DNA of 63,880 nucleotides, the filler included, from Vannella sp. (taxonomy: Eukaryota), in the NCBI GenBank assembly GCA_023345925.1. It is 7 parts of 7 records of this genome, joined end to end, with 100 filler letters (N's around TTAATTAATTAA, not from the genome) between each part and the next. Parts side by side here need not be neighbours in the genome. Positions count along the whole stretch, not along the records: positions 34,864 to 48,588 come from JAJQQN010000944.1; 6 more parts are not named here. One strand, given 5' to 3'. Below, piece by piece: positions 35,347 through 48,688 of this stretch (within the stretch, counting starts at the first letter, position 1; each line of letters opens with the position of its first letter). Made by a program: the position numbers and the translations under genes. A model generated the notes under the pieces. The model was not told where the DNA came from. It did not search any database and worked only from the letters and a program-made list of their open reading frames with translations.

Positions 35347-36432
35347 TCAAAGGAAGCGGGCGCTTTTGTTTCTGTTTCTTTGGACAGAATGTGGGAGAGC
35401 TGGTTGGAGAGGAGATCGTGTGGGAGTGGATTGGTTGATCGCGTGGCTGAGTCCAAGTTCTCCATAGTGGTTGCATCCGAAGACGAGCAGGCCTCCTTCT
35501 TGTGGGAACGCTAGAGAATGGGATCTTCCCGCAAGTAGAGCGCTCATCCCCTTCAGTGAAGGGACTAAAGTAGGTCGGATTTGACAGCAAGTCTCACCCA
35601 TCCCCAATTGCCCTCCTCCACCCCATCCCCAGGACCATACGGCGCCGTTCTCATCCAGAGAGAGAGTGTGACTCCATCCACAAGAGATTGCAAGCATGGG
35701 AGGGATGCCACTGATTCGCTGGAGCTTCGAAACATCCTCAGAAGGGCGCCCCAGTTGGCCAACACAGTTGTCTCCAGCAGAGAAGACGCCTCCGTGCGAG
35801 TCAATGAGAATCACTCCTTCGTATAGGGCAGCCAGGCATCGAAGAGGTCCCTCAGAACGGTCTTCCACTTGGATGAGGGTCGGTTGGAGAGCTTCGTTGG
35901 TGTGGCCGAGTCCCAGTTGCCCTTTGGAGTTGTTTCCCAACACCCAGAGGCCTTCTTCGGCCTCTGCCACGAGGAAGTTGTTACCACAAGCTACTTTGAT
36001 GAGAGGAGGGAGTCCTTTCACTCTTTGCGGGAGAGAGGTTGCCCAGGAGAGGGTCTGGCCATTGATCGTCCACACCCAAAGGCCGCCTTCGGTATCGATT
36101 GCTGCGCAATAGCCCCCTACACCTACCAAAGCGATACATGGTAGCTTGGGTACTTGCTGAAAGGAGGACGAGGACGTAGAGAGACCAGCTTCCCATACAC
36201 CGCCCTCAGCATCAAGAACGAGGGAGGTTTGACTTCCACAGTCCACCTGAACCGGCTGCGGGCCATTCCAGGGGACCTCTACAGGCTTCCATTGATTGTT
36301 CTTGTGACCAAGACCGAGTTGACCGTCGCAGTTCCGCCCAAAAGCCCAAAGGCCTCCTTCAAGAGAGAGGAGGAGCGTGTGGTGACCAAAGGGCATTCCA
36401 ATGAATGGTATGTGAAGATCAATGCCGTCCAT
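35347..36432 (-). CDS. RCC1-repeat protein (start uncertain)
   Basis: Repeated W.FG.N..GQLGLG and CG..HTL motifs. Confidence 0.9.
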   Translation of the reverse strand: MDGIDLHIPFIGMPFGHHTLLLSLEGGLWAFGRNCDGQLGLGHKNNQWKPVEVPWNGPQPVQVDCGSQTSLVLDAEGGVWEAGLSTSSSSFQQVPKLPCIALVGVGGYCAAIDTEGGLWVWTINGQTLSWATSLPQRVKGLPPLIKVACGNNFLVAEAEEGLWVLGNNSKGQLGLGHTNEALQPTLIQVEDRSEGPLRCLAALYEGVILIDSHGGVFSAGDNCVGQLGRPSEDVSKLQRISGIPPMLAISCGWSHTLSLDENGAVWSWGWGGGGQLGMGETCCQIRPTLVPSLKGMSALLAGRSHSLAFPQEGGLLVFGCNHYGELGLSHAINQSTPTRSPLQPALPHSVQRNRNKSARFL

Positions 36433-36484
36433 ATCTATTCGAAGAGAGCTCACTCGCTCCCGGTCGAGTTCAGGTGTGCTAGGG

Positions 36485-37051
36485 TTAGGGTTTAACCCCT
36501 CTTCCTACGATATCTGACAGGGAGACCCAAGGGGCGTTGGAAGAGAAGATCCGATAGAAGGATAGCTGCACTTGGCCAGATACGATCTTTGGCCAAGGGG
36601 GAGGAGGAGCGAGGTAATCATCGAGTTGGCCCTCGCTGGAGGATTGAGGTTCTCGTAGCATGTGGGAGCGATCAGTGAAGAGGTCTGCTATGTAGGAGGT
36701 TGAAGGGATGATGTGGAACAGAGGAAGGTAGTCCTCAGGGAACTGGTGTACGGTTCGAAAGCTCTCGGTCAAGTACACGTCCAGTGGGCATGGAAAGGCC
36801 AAAGTGGTGTCAAGATCCCATACCAAAGGCTCCTGTCCCACAGGCAAAGTCACAAAGATGACATGATAGTCCCAAAAGCACTCCTTTGTTGCTGGTTTGG
36901 AAGAGATCCTTTGGTGAAGAATGGGGAAGTGGCTCCTCTTGCAAGAGATAAAGACGACGTACCCCTCCACATCCTTGAACTGCTCCTCTTGGCAAAGATG
37001 CCAGATGTTCTCCTCACACCACTGCTTCTGATACTTGTGCGATGCCAACAT
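36485..37051 (-). CDS. NTAQ1: Protein N-terminal glutamine amidohydrolase
   Basis: WCEENIW, WDYHVI and WDLDTTL carry the Cys-His-Asp triad; DRSHM. Confidence 0.93.
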   Translation of the reverse strand: MLASHKYQKQWCEENIWHLCQEEQFKDVEGYVVFISCKRSHFPILHQRISSKPATKECFWDYHVIFVTLPVGQEPLVWDLDTTLAFPCPLDVYLTESFRTVHQFPEDYLPLFHIIPSTSYIADLFTDRSHMLREPQSSSEGQLDDYLAPPPPWPKIVSGQVQLSFYRIFSSNAPWVSLSDIVGRGVKP

Positions 37052-37194
37052 AGCCAATGACCCCTCACACAGGGACTGGCCAATGGGAAGGAGGATTTCC
37101 CCATTTCTGGGCTCCTGATTGGTGGGTTGACCCGATTTTTTTGCTATGATGACGAAGGTTCTGCCGTTTAAAGGAAAAAGGATTTATGAGTCGT

Positions 37195-40100
37195 TTAAAT
37201 CCAAGCGGCCCATCCCTCGTACATGGAGGCGAGGTTGGAAGAGCTGGTGGCTTCTCTGATGGTTTGGTCGACTTGGTCTTCGACAGAAGCGTGGTGAGCT
37301 CGGAAATCGTTGCCTTGAAGCTTGGATTTGATGCGGCGCAATGCACTGATGGCGTATGTGTTGCGCTCTTGTTGGCAGTGGCCGGGGCTCTCTCCTCCCT
37401 CTTCGTCTCCTGATTGTAAGAGTGGTTCAGTGATCCCTTCCTTCTGGTCTTCCTTCCACTGAGCGAGCTGTTGTGTCGCTGCTTCACCAACATCTCTAAT
37501 CTGCTGGGCAAGTTCCTGTAGCGTTCCCAAAGTTTCCGGCAAATTGACTTTTCGTAAAGTTGGCTTCGCATTTGACTCTGGATGAAGCAAGGTTTTAAAG
37601 AGTGGCTGCCATTCTTCCTCATTGCGTATCATGAGAGCCCTGTACTTGGAATAGAGATTCTTGGTAAGTACATAAATGGCAGAGTCTGAGGCGGTTTCCA
37701 TTTGTCTTAGAATATGTCGGACAAGCGGGATGATGGCTTGGAAATGGGACAGAAAGTGTGAGAGTTGTTGAGAAAGAGAAGTCGCTTTGCCCAAGAAGGA
37801 TTTCGACTTCAGAGCGAGTTGCGTTTCCAGAGATTGCGTTGACGCACTTTGCTGTTGGGCCAGTTTCGTGTGATGAATCAAACCTTCTTTGTTGCTTTGA
37901 TAGGCGGTTCTTCTTTCCTCCAGTTGGATGGAGATATCTTTGATGGACTTGTGATGGGTTTGCAACATGTTTTGGTGATTAGTGAGTGCTGACAGCAGTT
38001 CTGAGGTCTCGTTCCAGATGTCTTTGGACTGATTGGATGAGGAGTTGTGGAGCTCTTCAAATGAGGCGATTCCTTTGCAGATTTTAGTGAGCTTCCGGAC
38101 AGCTTCTGTCGAGGATGTGAAGGCTGCCTGACGGGCGATAATCTGTCCGTGGACGAGAGTGTGATATCCTCCAGATCTTCTTTCCCAAGATACGAGCTCG
38201 TCTGTCTCTCTTTCGTTCTCGGACAAGGAAGAATGTTGCTTCTGAAGGAGCACTTCCTGCGCTTGAAGCTCCGATGAAAGGGAACTCAAGCGGCTTCGTA
38301 TTTTAGAGAGTGGAGTGGTTCCATCATCCAGAAGGCCTTCATGCATCAAGCTGAACTGAACGAGGAACTCTTTTTCTCGTTCAAGCGAAGTTCTGAACAA
38401 GTTCACACGGAGTTCATGATCACGCTCCAAAAATTGACCAGAATAGAGCTCCATGAGAGTATTCCGCAAACCCTCCACAGTTTCACCTTCACTCAAGGAA
38501 GGATTACTCGTATTCAGATTCACACTCTCTTGAGGTGCACTTGAAGGATGAGGTCCGCTGTTAAGCAAATTGCAAGCAGAGGCGAAGATGGGACCAATCA
38601 CGTTTGATTGAATGCAACCCAAATATGCTGAAAGGAGCTTGGTGGCGCTGTTGTATGTGGTCAGAGAACAAGATGAGTCAAGAGATAAAAGCTCGTTCAG
38701 AAGCTGGAGCTTCTGCAGCCCGAAAAGGTCGAGATGGAGGTGCATTACATTCTGAGAGCTTTCTTTTTGGGATAAAGTGGCTGCTTTTGCTAAAGCAGAG
38801 GTCATCAAGTCCAATTGATCCAATAAATACAGAATCTCCTCTTGATTGACGAGCATAGATCGTAGACTCTCACTGGAGTGGAGGATTTGGTGTTGGCAAA
38901 GATCAATTTGGTCTTGCAGAAGGGATGTACGTTGTTGCAAATCCTGTTGCGCAACTTTTCTATCTTCCATCTTCCGTTGTAGATCTTCAATTTCTTCATT
39001 ATCTTCCCAAGAGTGCTCGGTTACTGCATCAAGCTCTTGGATCTTGGCCTGAGTTGAACAAATTTGCTCTGATAGTGTAGAATCATCCTCACTCAGTCCC
39101 TCCAGCTCACATTGAGACTGTTGAAGTTGCTGAAGAGTGCGAGAGCACTCAATAAGAGCAAGTTCTATCTGGTTTCGACCGGAGCAAAGCTCATCTTTCC
39201 GCCCTGCAATTGTCATGATGATCTGTTCGAAGGAGCTCTCCATTTGGTCCAGAACTCCAGCAATTGCGGTGAAGAGTTGCTCCACAGACAGGCTTGTGTC
39301 TGAGGCCAGAACCAAGTCTATTACAGCACGAATTCCACTGACATTTGAAGCAAACCCTTCTGGCCAAGTTGGCTGCTCACAGAATTTGGACGCCTCGCGA
39401 GACAGAACTCCACAAAGAGATGTAGGGTTTACATGTCCTATTCGCGGTCTTACTGAGGAGGGCATCCGCTTGGCACCATTCAGTTCAGCCAAAAGAGACT
39501 CAGTATTTCTGAGACGGGTTGAAAGCATCTGGAATTCGTCTAGTAGCTGATGATTTCGTTGGTCTGAAGTCTCTAATTCTAAATCGAAGTCTTTTCCTGA
39601 TCTTTGACACTTGATAGCGAGATTAAGGGCTTCCTCTGTGTAAGCCACTTCATGGTCGCTCCAATAGGTTGGAGGTAGGGACACTGTTATGTCCTTGTAA
39701 CTTCCTAACAAACTAGTACATTCCAAGACTAGCTCCTGCAACCGAAGCTGGCTTTCTTGGTACAGTTTTAACGCCCCTTGGAATGGCACAATGATATCTG
39801 GTCGTTCAATCGACAAGCTCATCAGTTCTGAAGACTTATCAAAATCATAAGTTGGCTCAGAACGAGCGAGAGTTTCTGATAGCTTCTCAAAGGTGTTTCC
39901 ACGTAAGGAAGAAGTTATTTCCTCAATTGCAAGTCGCTCATCCTTTCTCTTTCTTGATAACTGTTGCAATTTCACTGAGATTTGTTGCTGAGCTGTGGTT
40001 GCCTCGTGAATGAGCCTTTTTGCCTCCTTCTGTTCACTCATAAGCTCAAGTTGCCTTGATTCTTGCTGAGTAATACTCTGCTTGAGCGCACATGCCTGCT

Positions 40101-43100
40101 GGGAGGCTTCTCCAGCTTCTTGGGAAAGTTGCAGTTGTTCTAGCTTAAGTTGAATTACAGAGGAAGCACGGGCAATAAGTTGGTCTAACTCTGGTATAAA
40201 GCCGAGAGAATTAGATAGATTATCTGCAGTACCAGGAGCGCGAGCAGCGAGTAGCTCCAAGTTGGTCTCCAACTCCATTCGTAATTTGGCTTGACTCTCG
40301 ACTTTGTCGAGAGTCCAATCCACCAAAGGGTCGTAGACAAAAGCTTCGAGGAGGGTGAGCAGAATCTCCTTATTTGATCGGAGGACATTCAATGTACTGC
40401 AGCAAGACGCTTGGAAGGTTCCCTTCGTTCCCGTCGGTCCGAACGACTTTGTTATCAGATTAGTTAAACGGTACGGGACTACTTCAGGTATCGCTAGCTT
40501 CAGCCCACGTTCAAAGCAGATGTTGTAGTCGATGTGAATGATCTCTCCACGTGCAAGATCCACAAGTATGTTGTCAAGGTGGCGATCACCAAGCCCGAGG
40601 ATGTACCCGATCATGGACATAACTGCAACAGAGCGTGTGAACGCAAGTTGCTTTCCCCACCAATGATCGGCTGTTGGAGAGGCGCACCAAAGTGCTCTCT
40701 CTAGCAGGTCAGCAGGAGCCTCTTTTTGTAAACTGGTGAAGACTTGTTGGAGGACTTCAGTTGGCCAATGCTTGCGAGTTCTCAAACTCATCTCTGAAAT
40801 GCCAACAGCCTGGAGGGCAGGCTTCATGGCTGCATTAAACTGTTCAATTGGGCGGAGAGGCACTTGTTTGCGGGTTTGCCAGTGTTTGTAAACCTGGAAC
40901 ATCGGCACTGCTCCATCTACCCACTGAATGAATCCGGAACGTCTTCCAGTGGGAATCACAGCGTAAGTCCGAGATGCCAGACCTTTGGTATCTGGTCTAC
41001 TGTGTTGGAAGAGTTGATTTGCTACTGTGAGGCACTGCATTATGCGCTCATCCAAGTGTAGATCCTCCCTACCTTTGAGAAGGTATGGATACTTCCTTCC
41101 ATCGCTTCCGAGCAGCGCCATCTTTTTAGGTTTGGTCTTCGTTGGAAGAATTGATATTTGTGGGCGGAAAGCTTGAACAGTCACTTCGCAGGAAGACAGT
41201 CCAGGCATTCTGATGATAGACCCTTGCATTCGTGCAAGCTTGGGACTGACATCTTGCAAGCGTAGCTGGGTTTTCATGAGTTGGGCGAATTGGTCTTTGA
41301 TTCTGTCTAACGATTGCCAAGCTTTCCAAGGATCTCCGTAGTCAACAGGAGAGCGGAACTGTTCCACAGCACTGAAGAGCTTTGGCTTGAATTCTTTTTG
41401 GAAAGCTGATTCAAACGGAGTCTCAGCGGGTCGGTTCAAAGTTTCCATGTAGTCTGCAAGCTGCAGCAAAAACAGTTTCATCAGAGATTGATACTTTTCC
41501 AAGATCTGGCGGTGATGTTCTTCTTTAGAACCGGAGGAGGAGAGGATTCTCCGATGCTCCTCTCTCATTGTATTACAACGAGCAGGAAGGCGAGAGGCAA
41601 TCTGCTCCAGAAGAATTAGTCCTGTCTCAGGCCAAAGCACTGTGAGTCGTTCAAATTCACACAAAGTAGTTTGAACTTGGTCATAGAGCAAAGGATGAGC
41701 CTTTTGCAGAGAAATTGCCAACTCATGGATGCGATGATGCCTTAAAGTACCAATTTGATACTCCTGTTCTCCAACTAGGATAGGATACATGATCTCATGT
41801 GGCCGATCCACTCCTAGTTTCATGATGAGGCGTTGGACTTCAGCTTGTATCGAAGAATCTGGATGTCCAAGCCGTGAAAACAATTGGGGAATGATACTGT
41901 GCCATACTGCAACTGAGGTTCCCTCAAGGCGATTTGAAAATGAAGATGCCACCTTGGTTCCATGTTTTGTGAGAACTTCAAGGATGCGCAGGGTTGCTGA
42001 GATCGTTTTTACGGCGTTTTGACTCCCTTCTGTTTGAAGAGAGATAAATTGGAAGTAGGAGTGCAATGCCTTCTCATGGAAAGACCAGATGGTAGACTCT
42101 TGGCTTCTTTTCAATTCACAAATAGCTGTGATGGTGTTTTCTGAAAGGTCTGGAAAGTTATTCGCCAAAACCATTGGGGAGCAATTGGGATGTTGCACAG
42201 CATTGAGAAATGTACTCCAATCTGTTGGGGTAGCAATTGCTTTGAGTGCGGATATAAATTTCCTTTGAGCGCGGTGAGCTTGCTTCCAGCACCAATCAGC
42301 CAGTTGAAAATGTACATTGGCAGAGGACGGCAGCGTCATTGTGGCGACGAAGAACGATTGTCCAGAAGCACAATTAGCATAGCTACTTCCGGCTGCAAGC
42401 AGGTCCTCTTTAAGAGGTGAGAATGGAGCTGAGTTATCTTCTTCTAGCCAGTTACTGAGTAAATGCAATGCTTCCACAGCTACTTCTGTGGATTGAGTCA
42501 GGACAGCCTCATCGATAATTAGGTGTTGAAGCTTGGTAAGAGCCACTCCAGGTTCATTCAAACGGATCACTTTACAGCGTTCTAGTTCCACAGATAATGT
42601 AGCAGGGATCATTGCTGCAATGCGTTCGTGCAGTCTCAAATTATTTTGTTGTCGAGCCAATGAAAGGTGAGGAAGTAAGTTATCTCCTGGGTTTCTGACT
42701 GTCCTAAGTAACATATTGCTGCAGCTAGCACCAATTTCGGATGAAAGCGCCACCCTCTCGGGGCCTGACTGGCTTTTTGAACCTGAGGCACATTGAAGAG
42801 CTATTTGGAAGGGAAGAATTTCGTTTGGATTGGAGGAAGTTCGTAATCCGGTTCTGCAAAGCGTCTTCAAATTGACTTGTTTTTCTTCGGAGGGTTTGGC
42901 AAGGTAGGAGAGTGCTTGGACATACACTTCATTTTGGAAGTCTGCTAACGAAAATCTCTTCTCTTGTGAAGCAATGACTGGAGCTGGTAACGAAGACTCG
43001 CTCTCCATATGATACAAGGCAGAAACGTATGAAGACTTATCATGGAGCGCGGTATTAACGCGATTTCGGACCTTCGTTGTGAATTGTTCCAATGAAAGAA

Positions 43101-46100
43101 GATTCCAGTCTCCCAGAGCAGCAGCGCACTCCACAAGACGAGAAGTCACAAAATTCGTTGTTTGATCAGAAAGGGGAGTTTGGCTGCAAAGAATCTGGCG
43201 ATACTGATCAGCTGCTGCTTCTAGCTGCTGATCAGCTTGATTACGGATTGCTTCGATCCAAGGAGCTTCAATTCCAATTGGAAAAGGAGGGGCGAATCGA
43301 TTCAAGAAGTGTTCTACATAACCAATCAAAGCATCACTTTCCTTTGCTATACATAGTGCTAATGCAAGTTGTGACAGGCAGTATTCAGCGTCAACTCTGA
43401 CGGCTGAGGTGGACTTGAAGGTTTGGGAATCAGCTAATTCAGTAAGGCGACACACTGAATGATAGATAATAGATGAAAGGTTGCCACTGACTACAGAAGC
43501 AACAACGGCTGGTTGCCGCATTCTTGCAAACCAATCGACACACACTTTTCGGTTATCCACAAAGAACTTGATCCCACTTGGCAGCGAGGACGCAATAGTA
43601 CCCTCACCAGCAATGAATATTCGCTTTTCCAGTAAATCAACAAACTGGAGGAGGGATTGGAGTGCTTGAGGAGATTCAGGGCAAAGAGATGACACAGAAA
43701 TTGGGGCAGAAGGATACTGAGGCTCCCACTGAGCAACATTCCAAAGCATCTGCTCAATAGCTCCGAGAGTTTTCATGGGGCTACCAAAATGGGTAGTGAG
43801 AAAAGCATTGATGCATAAATTGACAGCTTCCCACGACATCCAGAAACGGGCGATTCGGATATTAATTCCTGAAGCTATTTGCACGACTTGCTGAAGGGCC
43901 TCTGTATCGAGCGAGCTGTCAGCCTCCAGTTGTTTGGAAAGCGAGGATGGCAAACGAGTCAATTCTAAGAACCGATTCAGAAACTCTGATGAAATGGTAC
44001 ACTGGTGAGGAGCTTGGAGAAAACTCATGAACTCTTGGAAGTGAAATCCCTTGAAAGAGCGAGTGGGAGGCATGGTTAAAATCGCAAACAGGGTTGAATC
44101 CATCATAGTGGTAAACCTTTCTGGCGGGGCTAGTTGGAAAGGAAGTGATTCTAGAGCAGTTGCTGCTAGTCCTTGAATCGCTTCCGATGAGTCAGCAAGA
44201 CCAAACCATGCAAGAGCACGGATTGGAGAAAGGAGAATCCCGACATCTTTTGCTGGGGACTTGGTTAGTAGTTTGCATAAAACTATCCAGGCACTTTGGC
44301 GAATTGGGTGATCCACATGACTAAGAAGAGGAGTGACTGCAGGAAGGACACACGAATAGAGGTTATCGATCTTGTGGTCAAGAGAAGCATTGATAGTATC
44401 AAGAGCTAATAGAATAAGTCTTTTGTCATTCACTTTGGTTGTTATGTCCTTGAGAAGCTCAAAGACTCCCTTTACAATCGGATCAATAAGCTGACAAAAA
44501 GAATCACGAATGAACAGGTGTTGAATAGTCACTAAGGTACAATATTGAAGACGAGGGGACCTCATTATTGGCTCGACGTTCACAGGGTGATACTTTTGGA
44601 GGATGACACTCAACAGTTTAGCACTGTTTTTGAGAAAAGTTTCTCCAGTAAGGACCAACATGTCAAAACAGAAAAGCACACGCGATTGTGAGGCAGAAAG
44701 CACTCTGCTTCCTAATTCATTGAAAGTCAGACTGTGCAGAAGAAAATCCATCTCCTCCTCTATCAACAATTTCAAACTTCGGAGAGTGCTACTCTGGGCG
44801 AGAATAGAGTATGTCCCAAGAATAGCAGTGGTTATTCTACCGCTCCTATGATATCTTAAGCGAGCAAATGCTGAATGAGTGTCAAGTAGTCTCTTGAAAG
44901 GAGAGAACTGGGTGAGCATCCCCAGCAGGGAAAGCACAGAATTATTCAGCTCCAGCAAGCTTACTGTCATGTCCTCAGACAGAGAGGATTCAAGCTGTAC
45001 AAGCAAATAGTCTACGCACAGGGGGTAGTGAGCAGCTCGACTGCTCTCACTCATAGTTCGAAAGCAACGAAGTATCCAGTGATTGACTTATATCTGTTAG
45101 GGAAATTGCCGAATAAAACGAGTGGCGTTTACCTTGTGATTGCCTGATATTCGTATGGAGACTAAAGGCGAGGAGGCTGGTCAAAATCTCGCTCATTTGC
45201 TGCTCCATATTGGTAACAATCCCCGGGACAGTGGATCCAATGGTCAAAAAGCATCTGCACATATGAGTCGATAGGTTCTTCCGAGTGGTAGTCATCGTAC
45301 GAAAGAAGTGCTTGATAAATGGATGCTGTTTTTGCTTTAACGCGCTGGTAGGGGAGAAATGTTTCCACAGAGGAGTGCATTTGGATGCAAAAGCTCTGCA
45401 TGAGACCTGATGTATACCTGTCGTTGACTTTCCAAAGAGGAGCGAAGGTAACAAGTGTTTCCTCAATTGCCTGGCAACTTAGCTCCGGTAACTGCTCAGC
45501 TAATCGCCAGCCCAAGAGAGAGTCAACAATTGTCTGTCACGAACTGATGAGAGAAGGTTGTTTTTGTGATCAGGAGAGGCCTACCACGAAGTAAGGCGCG
45601 AATTGGCTGGTGAAGCGCTGATAGATCATCCGGATCACTTGGATGAGGTATGGGAGGCGATCGACAGTTATTGTGGAAGAGAGAGCTCTAAACTGGCGGA
45701 GTATTGAAGCTATTAAATGCCAGGGGAGGGCTACTCGGGCAAACTGTTGGAGAAAGATGAGCGCGAACCGGAATGGGGAGAGGATCTTAGTACCCCAGCT
45801 ATAACTCTCAAGGAAGCTTCTTGATAGCGTTGATCTTGACATCCTCGAAGTAGCCAATCAATCCCATACGAAGGAAGGACAGCACAAACCAAGGAGATGA
45901 TCTCTACCACGTTTTCTTGCTCATGCGGGCTTCTCTCTGTTAAGAGGGCAAAGAGAAGAGTTGAGAGAACTAACCGAGATGATGTTATAATGTCTTGAAG
46001 GGCAGCTAAGGCATCCCCAAGGTCACCCGACATGTTGGCCTCCTTCATTTGATCCAAGATGGGGCGGACGTTGCTCAAAAGCTGGTGAAGAGGACCACCC

Positions 46101-46204
46101 CTTCCCTTGCGTAATGCTCTCAGAAGTGAGGAGCGCAAGTGTTCTATCAAGAGTGAGCAAACTTCCCTTCTCCATCGCTCCAACCCACCACTAGAGTTCT
46201 CCAT
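37195..46204 (-). CDS. SMG1: SMG1 PIKK-family kinase (NMD); several short 5' exons then one ~7.9-kb exon; start 46204 or 46240
   Basis: ILPTKTKPKK...YPYLLKGREDLHLDERIMQ, GLGDRHLDN, IHIDYNICFE, long post-kinase insertion, FATC NLASMYEGWAAWI*. Confidence 0.95.
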
Positions 46205-46329
46205 AAAGTGGTCCTCATGAATGTCATTGAATTCTCGCATAAAGAAATATACAAATCTGGGAGGCTTAAGTGGACGAAAACGAAATCCTCGAAGAGTTGA
46301 GATATTATGACAAAATATCTCCCCATTCA

Positions 46330-47029
46330 ATGGCTGACCAGGAGCACCTTGCTTCCTTTGCGGAACCTTTGGAAGAGATGAGAAAGCTACGATACAGTAG
46401 GGTCAATGAGCTGGCTCAACTTCAGGAAAGAGTGAGGATGAAGTCTATTGAGAGGAAAGGTGAGAAAGCTCAACTTGAGGGCCCATCCTCAAGATATCTA
46501 CGGCACAGCTTTGCATGAACAAGTCCTAGAGACTCAAGCAGAGAAGTATTCCTTGAAGCAGATGAATGCCGCACTGAAGGTGACAATCATTCAACAGACC
46601 CTCGAGGTTGAAAAGCTCAAAAAGGGTTCGCAGCATTGCTGAAGTGTCCCATGATTACTGAGCTTCGTCATAGAGTGCGACCAAATGCTTCTCCTAAAGC
46701 AACAAAAGGATCTTCACATCAACAGATTGCAAGCGAGGAACACCGAGTTGGGGACTATGGTTCAGATGCTATCCCATCTTGAGAGTGTGAATAAGGCTGA
46801 TTGGTATGAGGAATACACGAGTTGGTGATTCTCACTCACCAGCTATTGAAGCATTCAACTCGTACAGGATAGAAACAGCCAACGGTCCGCAAGTGACGAA
46901 AGATCACTTGAAGAGAGGAGATTACATTGGAAATTGAAGATTCAATCCGTCAGTGACGAACTTGCGCGGGTCTTGAAAGAGAATTCTCGACTTCAAGAAC
47001 GTGCCAGTGAACTGGAGACATCCCAATAG
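46330..47029 (+). CDS. Hypothetical multi-exon coiled-coil protein
   Basis: Successive E/K/Q/L-rich frames separated by short GT-AG segments. Exon borders not fully resolved. Confidence 0.5.
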
Positions 47030-47038
47030 AGCAGCGTT

Positions 47039-47609
47039 TCAGACCAGTTGTAAAACGTCATCAAATGAATGCCCATCCTTGTCTATCAGAGACGGATCTG
47101 CTCCCTGGGCCAGAAGGAGTCCAATAACCTTCAAAGTTGATGAGAGAACGAGCTTTCTCGCCATTTGAACGCACCTGAAGCTCTCTTTGATAAGCTGCTC
47201 TATGAAGTGGGGTTTGAGAGTCAGAATTCACACGATTAGGGTCAGCTTTTGACTTGAGCAGATGAAGGCAGATGTCGTGGTGTCCCATGTAGGCTGCTCT
47301 ATGGAGTGGCGTATCTCCGCCTTCATTCGTCAAGTTACACTTCTCGAGGTTACTTCTGGCACACTCAATCTCCGGAAGGAGGCTACTCACATCTGCCTGA
47401 CGGTCCAACAAGAGGAGAACTATCTCTCGGTCTCCTGTCCTTGCCGCGTAGTGTAGAGCAGTGTACCCATACTCATCCTTACTATTCACATGCTGCGACT
47501 CTCGATCAAGTATCTGCCTGATCCGTCCACATTGCCCAGTTTGCGCAGCTCTCCAAATGCTGCTCATCAGCGGCGATGCGAACTCGCCGTGCTCTCCCCC
47601 GCACTCCAT
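47039..47609 (-). CDS. Small ankyrin-repeat protein, ANKRD39-like (3 exons)
   Basis: IWRAAQTG, GYTALHYAARTG, GDTPLHRAAYMGH, TPLHRAA. Confidence 0.85.
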
Positions 47610-47650
47610 AATGGCCCCAATTCTGCTATCTGGGCGACCTTTGGAATGTA

Positions 47651-48449
47651 TTAGTCCATCACCCAGCGGTTCTCCCTGATCCACTTGGTGCAACAATATT
47701 TTGTGCCTTTGGCCACCGGCATTCCTCCGTGGTAAGACTTGGGATCAAGTGTGTGATCACCTGTGTGGCTATAGAAGAGAACTGCTGTTCCACGGACACA
47801 GGGGACCATAAGCTCAGCGGTGGGGAAGATTGTTTCACCTCCCTCCTCGGGAGTTGCCAAGTACAGAAGGACTGTGGCAGTTCTCTGACCGGAAGCGCCG
47901 ATGTACTTCTCCATACCAGGTAGCTTAGTGTCAAAGTAGTCCCAATGTGGCTTGTACTGCTGCCCTTGTTGATACCGAAGGAGATAGAAAGGTTCCCCAT
48001 GCTCCACAGGCAGATGGGTCCACACTGCAATCTTTCCTTCAATCTTGGAGAGTACAGGGTCTCCAGGAGTAAGGAAGGCTCCGTAACTTGTCCTCTGCTC
48101 GGAGAGATTCTCGGCGTCGTTGGTCGCTACCCGAGACCGCTCCAAACCATGCTGGATACCCAGCTCTATGATGTGATCACATTCTTCCTCTGTAAGGAAG
48201 TTGGGGTAGACGTAGATGCGAGGCTCCACGGAGGCCACCTGCACCATCAAAGGATCAAAAGGCTGCGTACAAACTATCGAGGCCTGTCAGGACTGTTGGT
48301 GTGGGACTCAACGCCGAGAACTCACTTTGTTCTGCTGAGGGGATGGAAGCAGGTGCTTTGTAAATGTTTGAGAAAGCTAAAAGGCCCACAAACATCATCA
48401 GGAACGTCCCGACAGCGATGCCCACGGCAATCCGCCTTCTCGAGGGCAT
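47651..48449 (-). CDS. Plant/protist-type prolyl 4-hydroxylase (2OG-Fe(II)), type II membrane anchor, one intron
   Basis: EPRIYVYPNFLTEEECDH, RTS, HWD...H...K catalytic residues, TKWIR. Confidence 0.92.
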
Positions 48450-48588
48450 TATTTAATAACTTGGCATTTGCGGTGAGTGTTCCCGCATTCCCTGTCTTTC
48501 GTCTTGAGAAAATCCACAAGAGCGAGGGAATAGGCGGCAATCTCATTGACCAATGGAAGGCCCGGATTGGCCAGCATCTGAAATTTGA

Positions 48589-48688
48589 NNNNNNNNNNNN
48601 NNNNNNNNNNNNNNNNNNNNNNNNNNNNNNNNTTAATTAATTAANNNNNNNNNNNNNNNNNNNNNNNNNNNNNNNNNNNNNNNNNNNN
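48589..48688. other. Artificial contig linker
   Basis: N44-TTAATTAATTAA-N44. Confidence 0.99.
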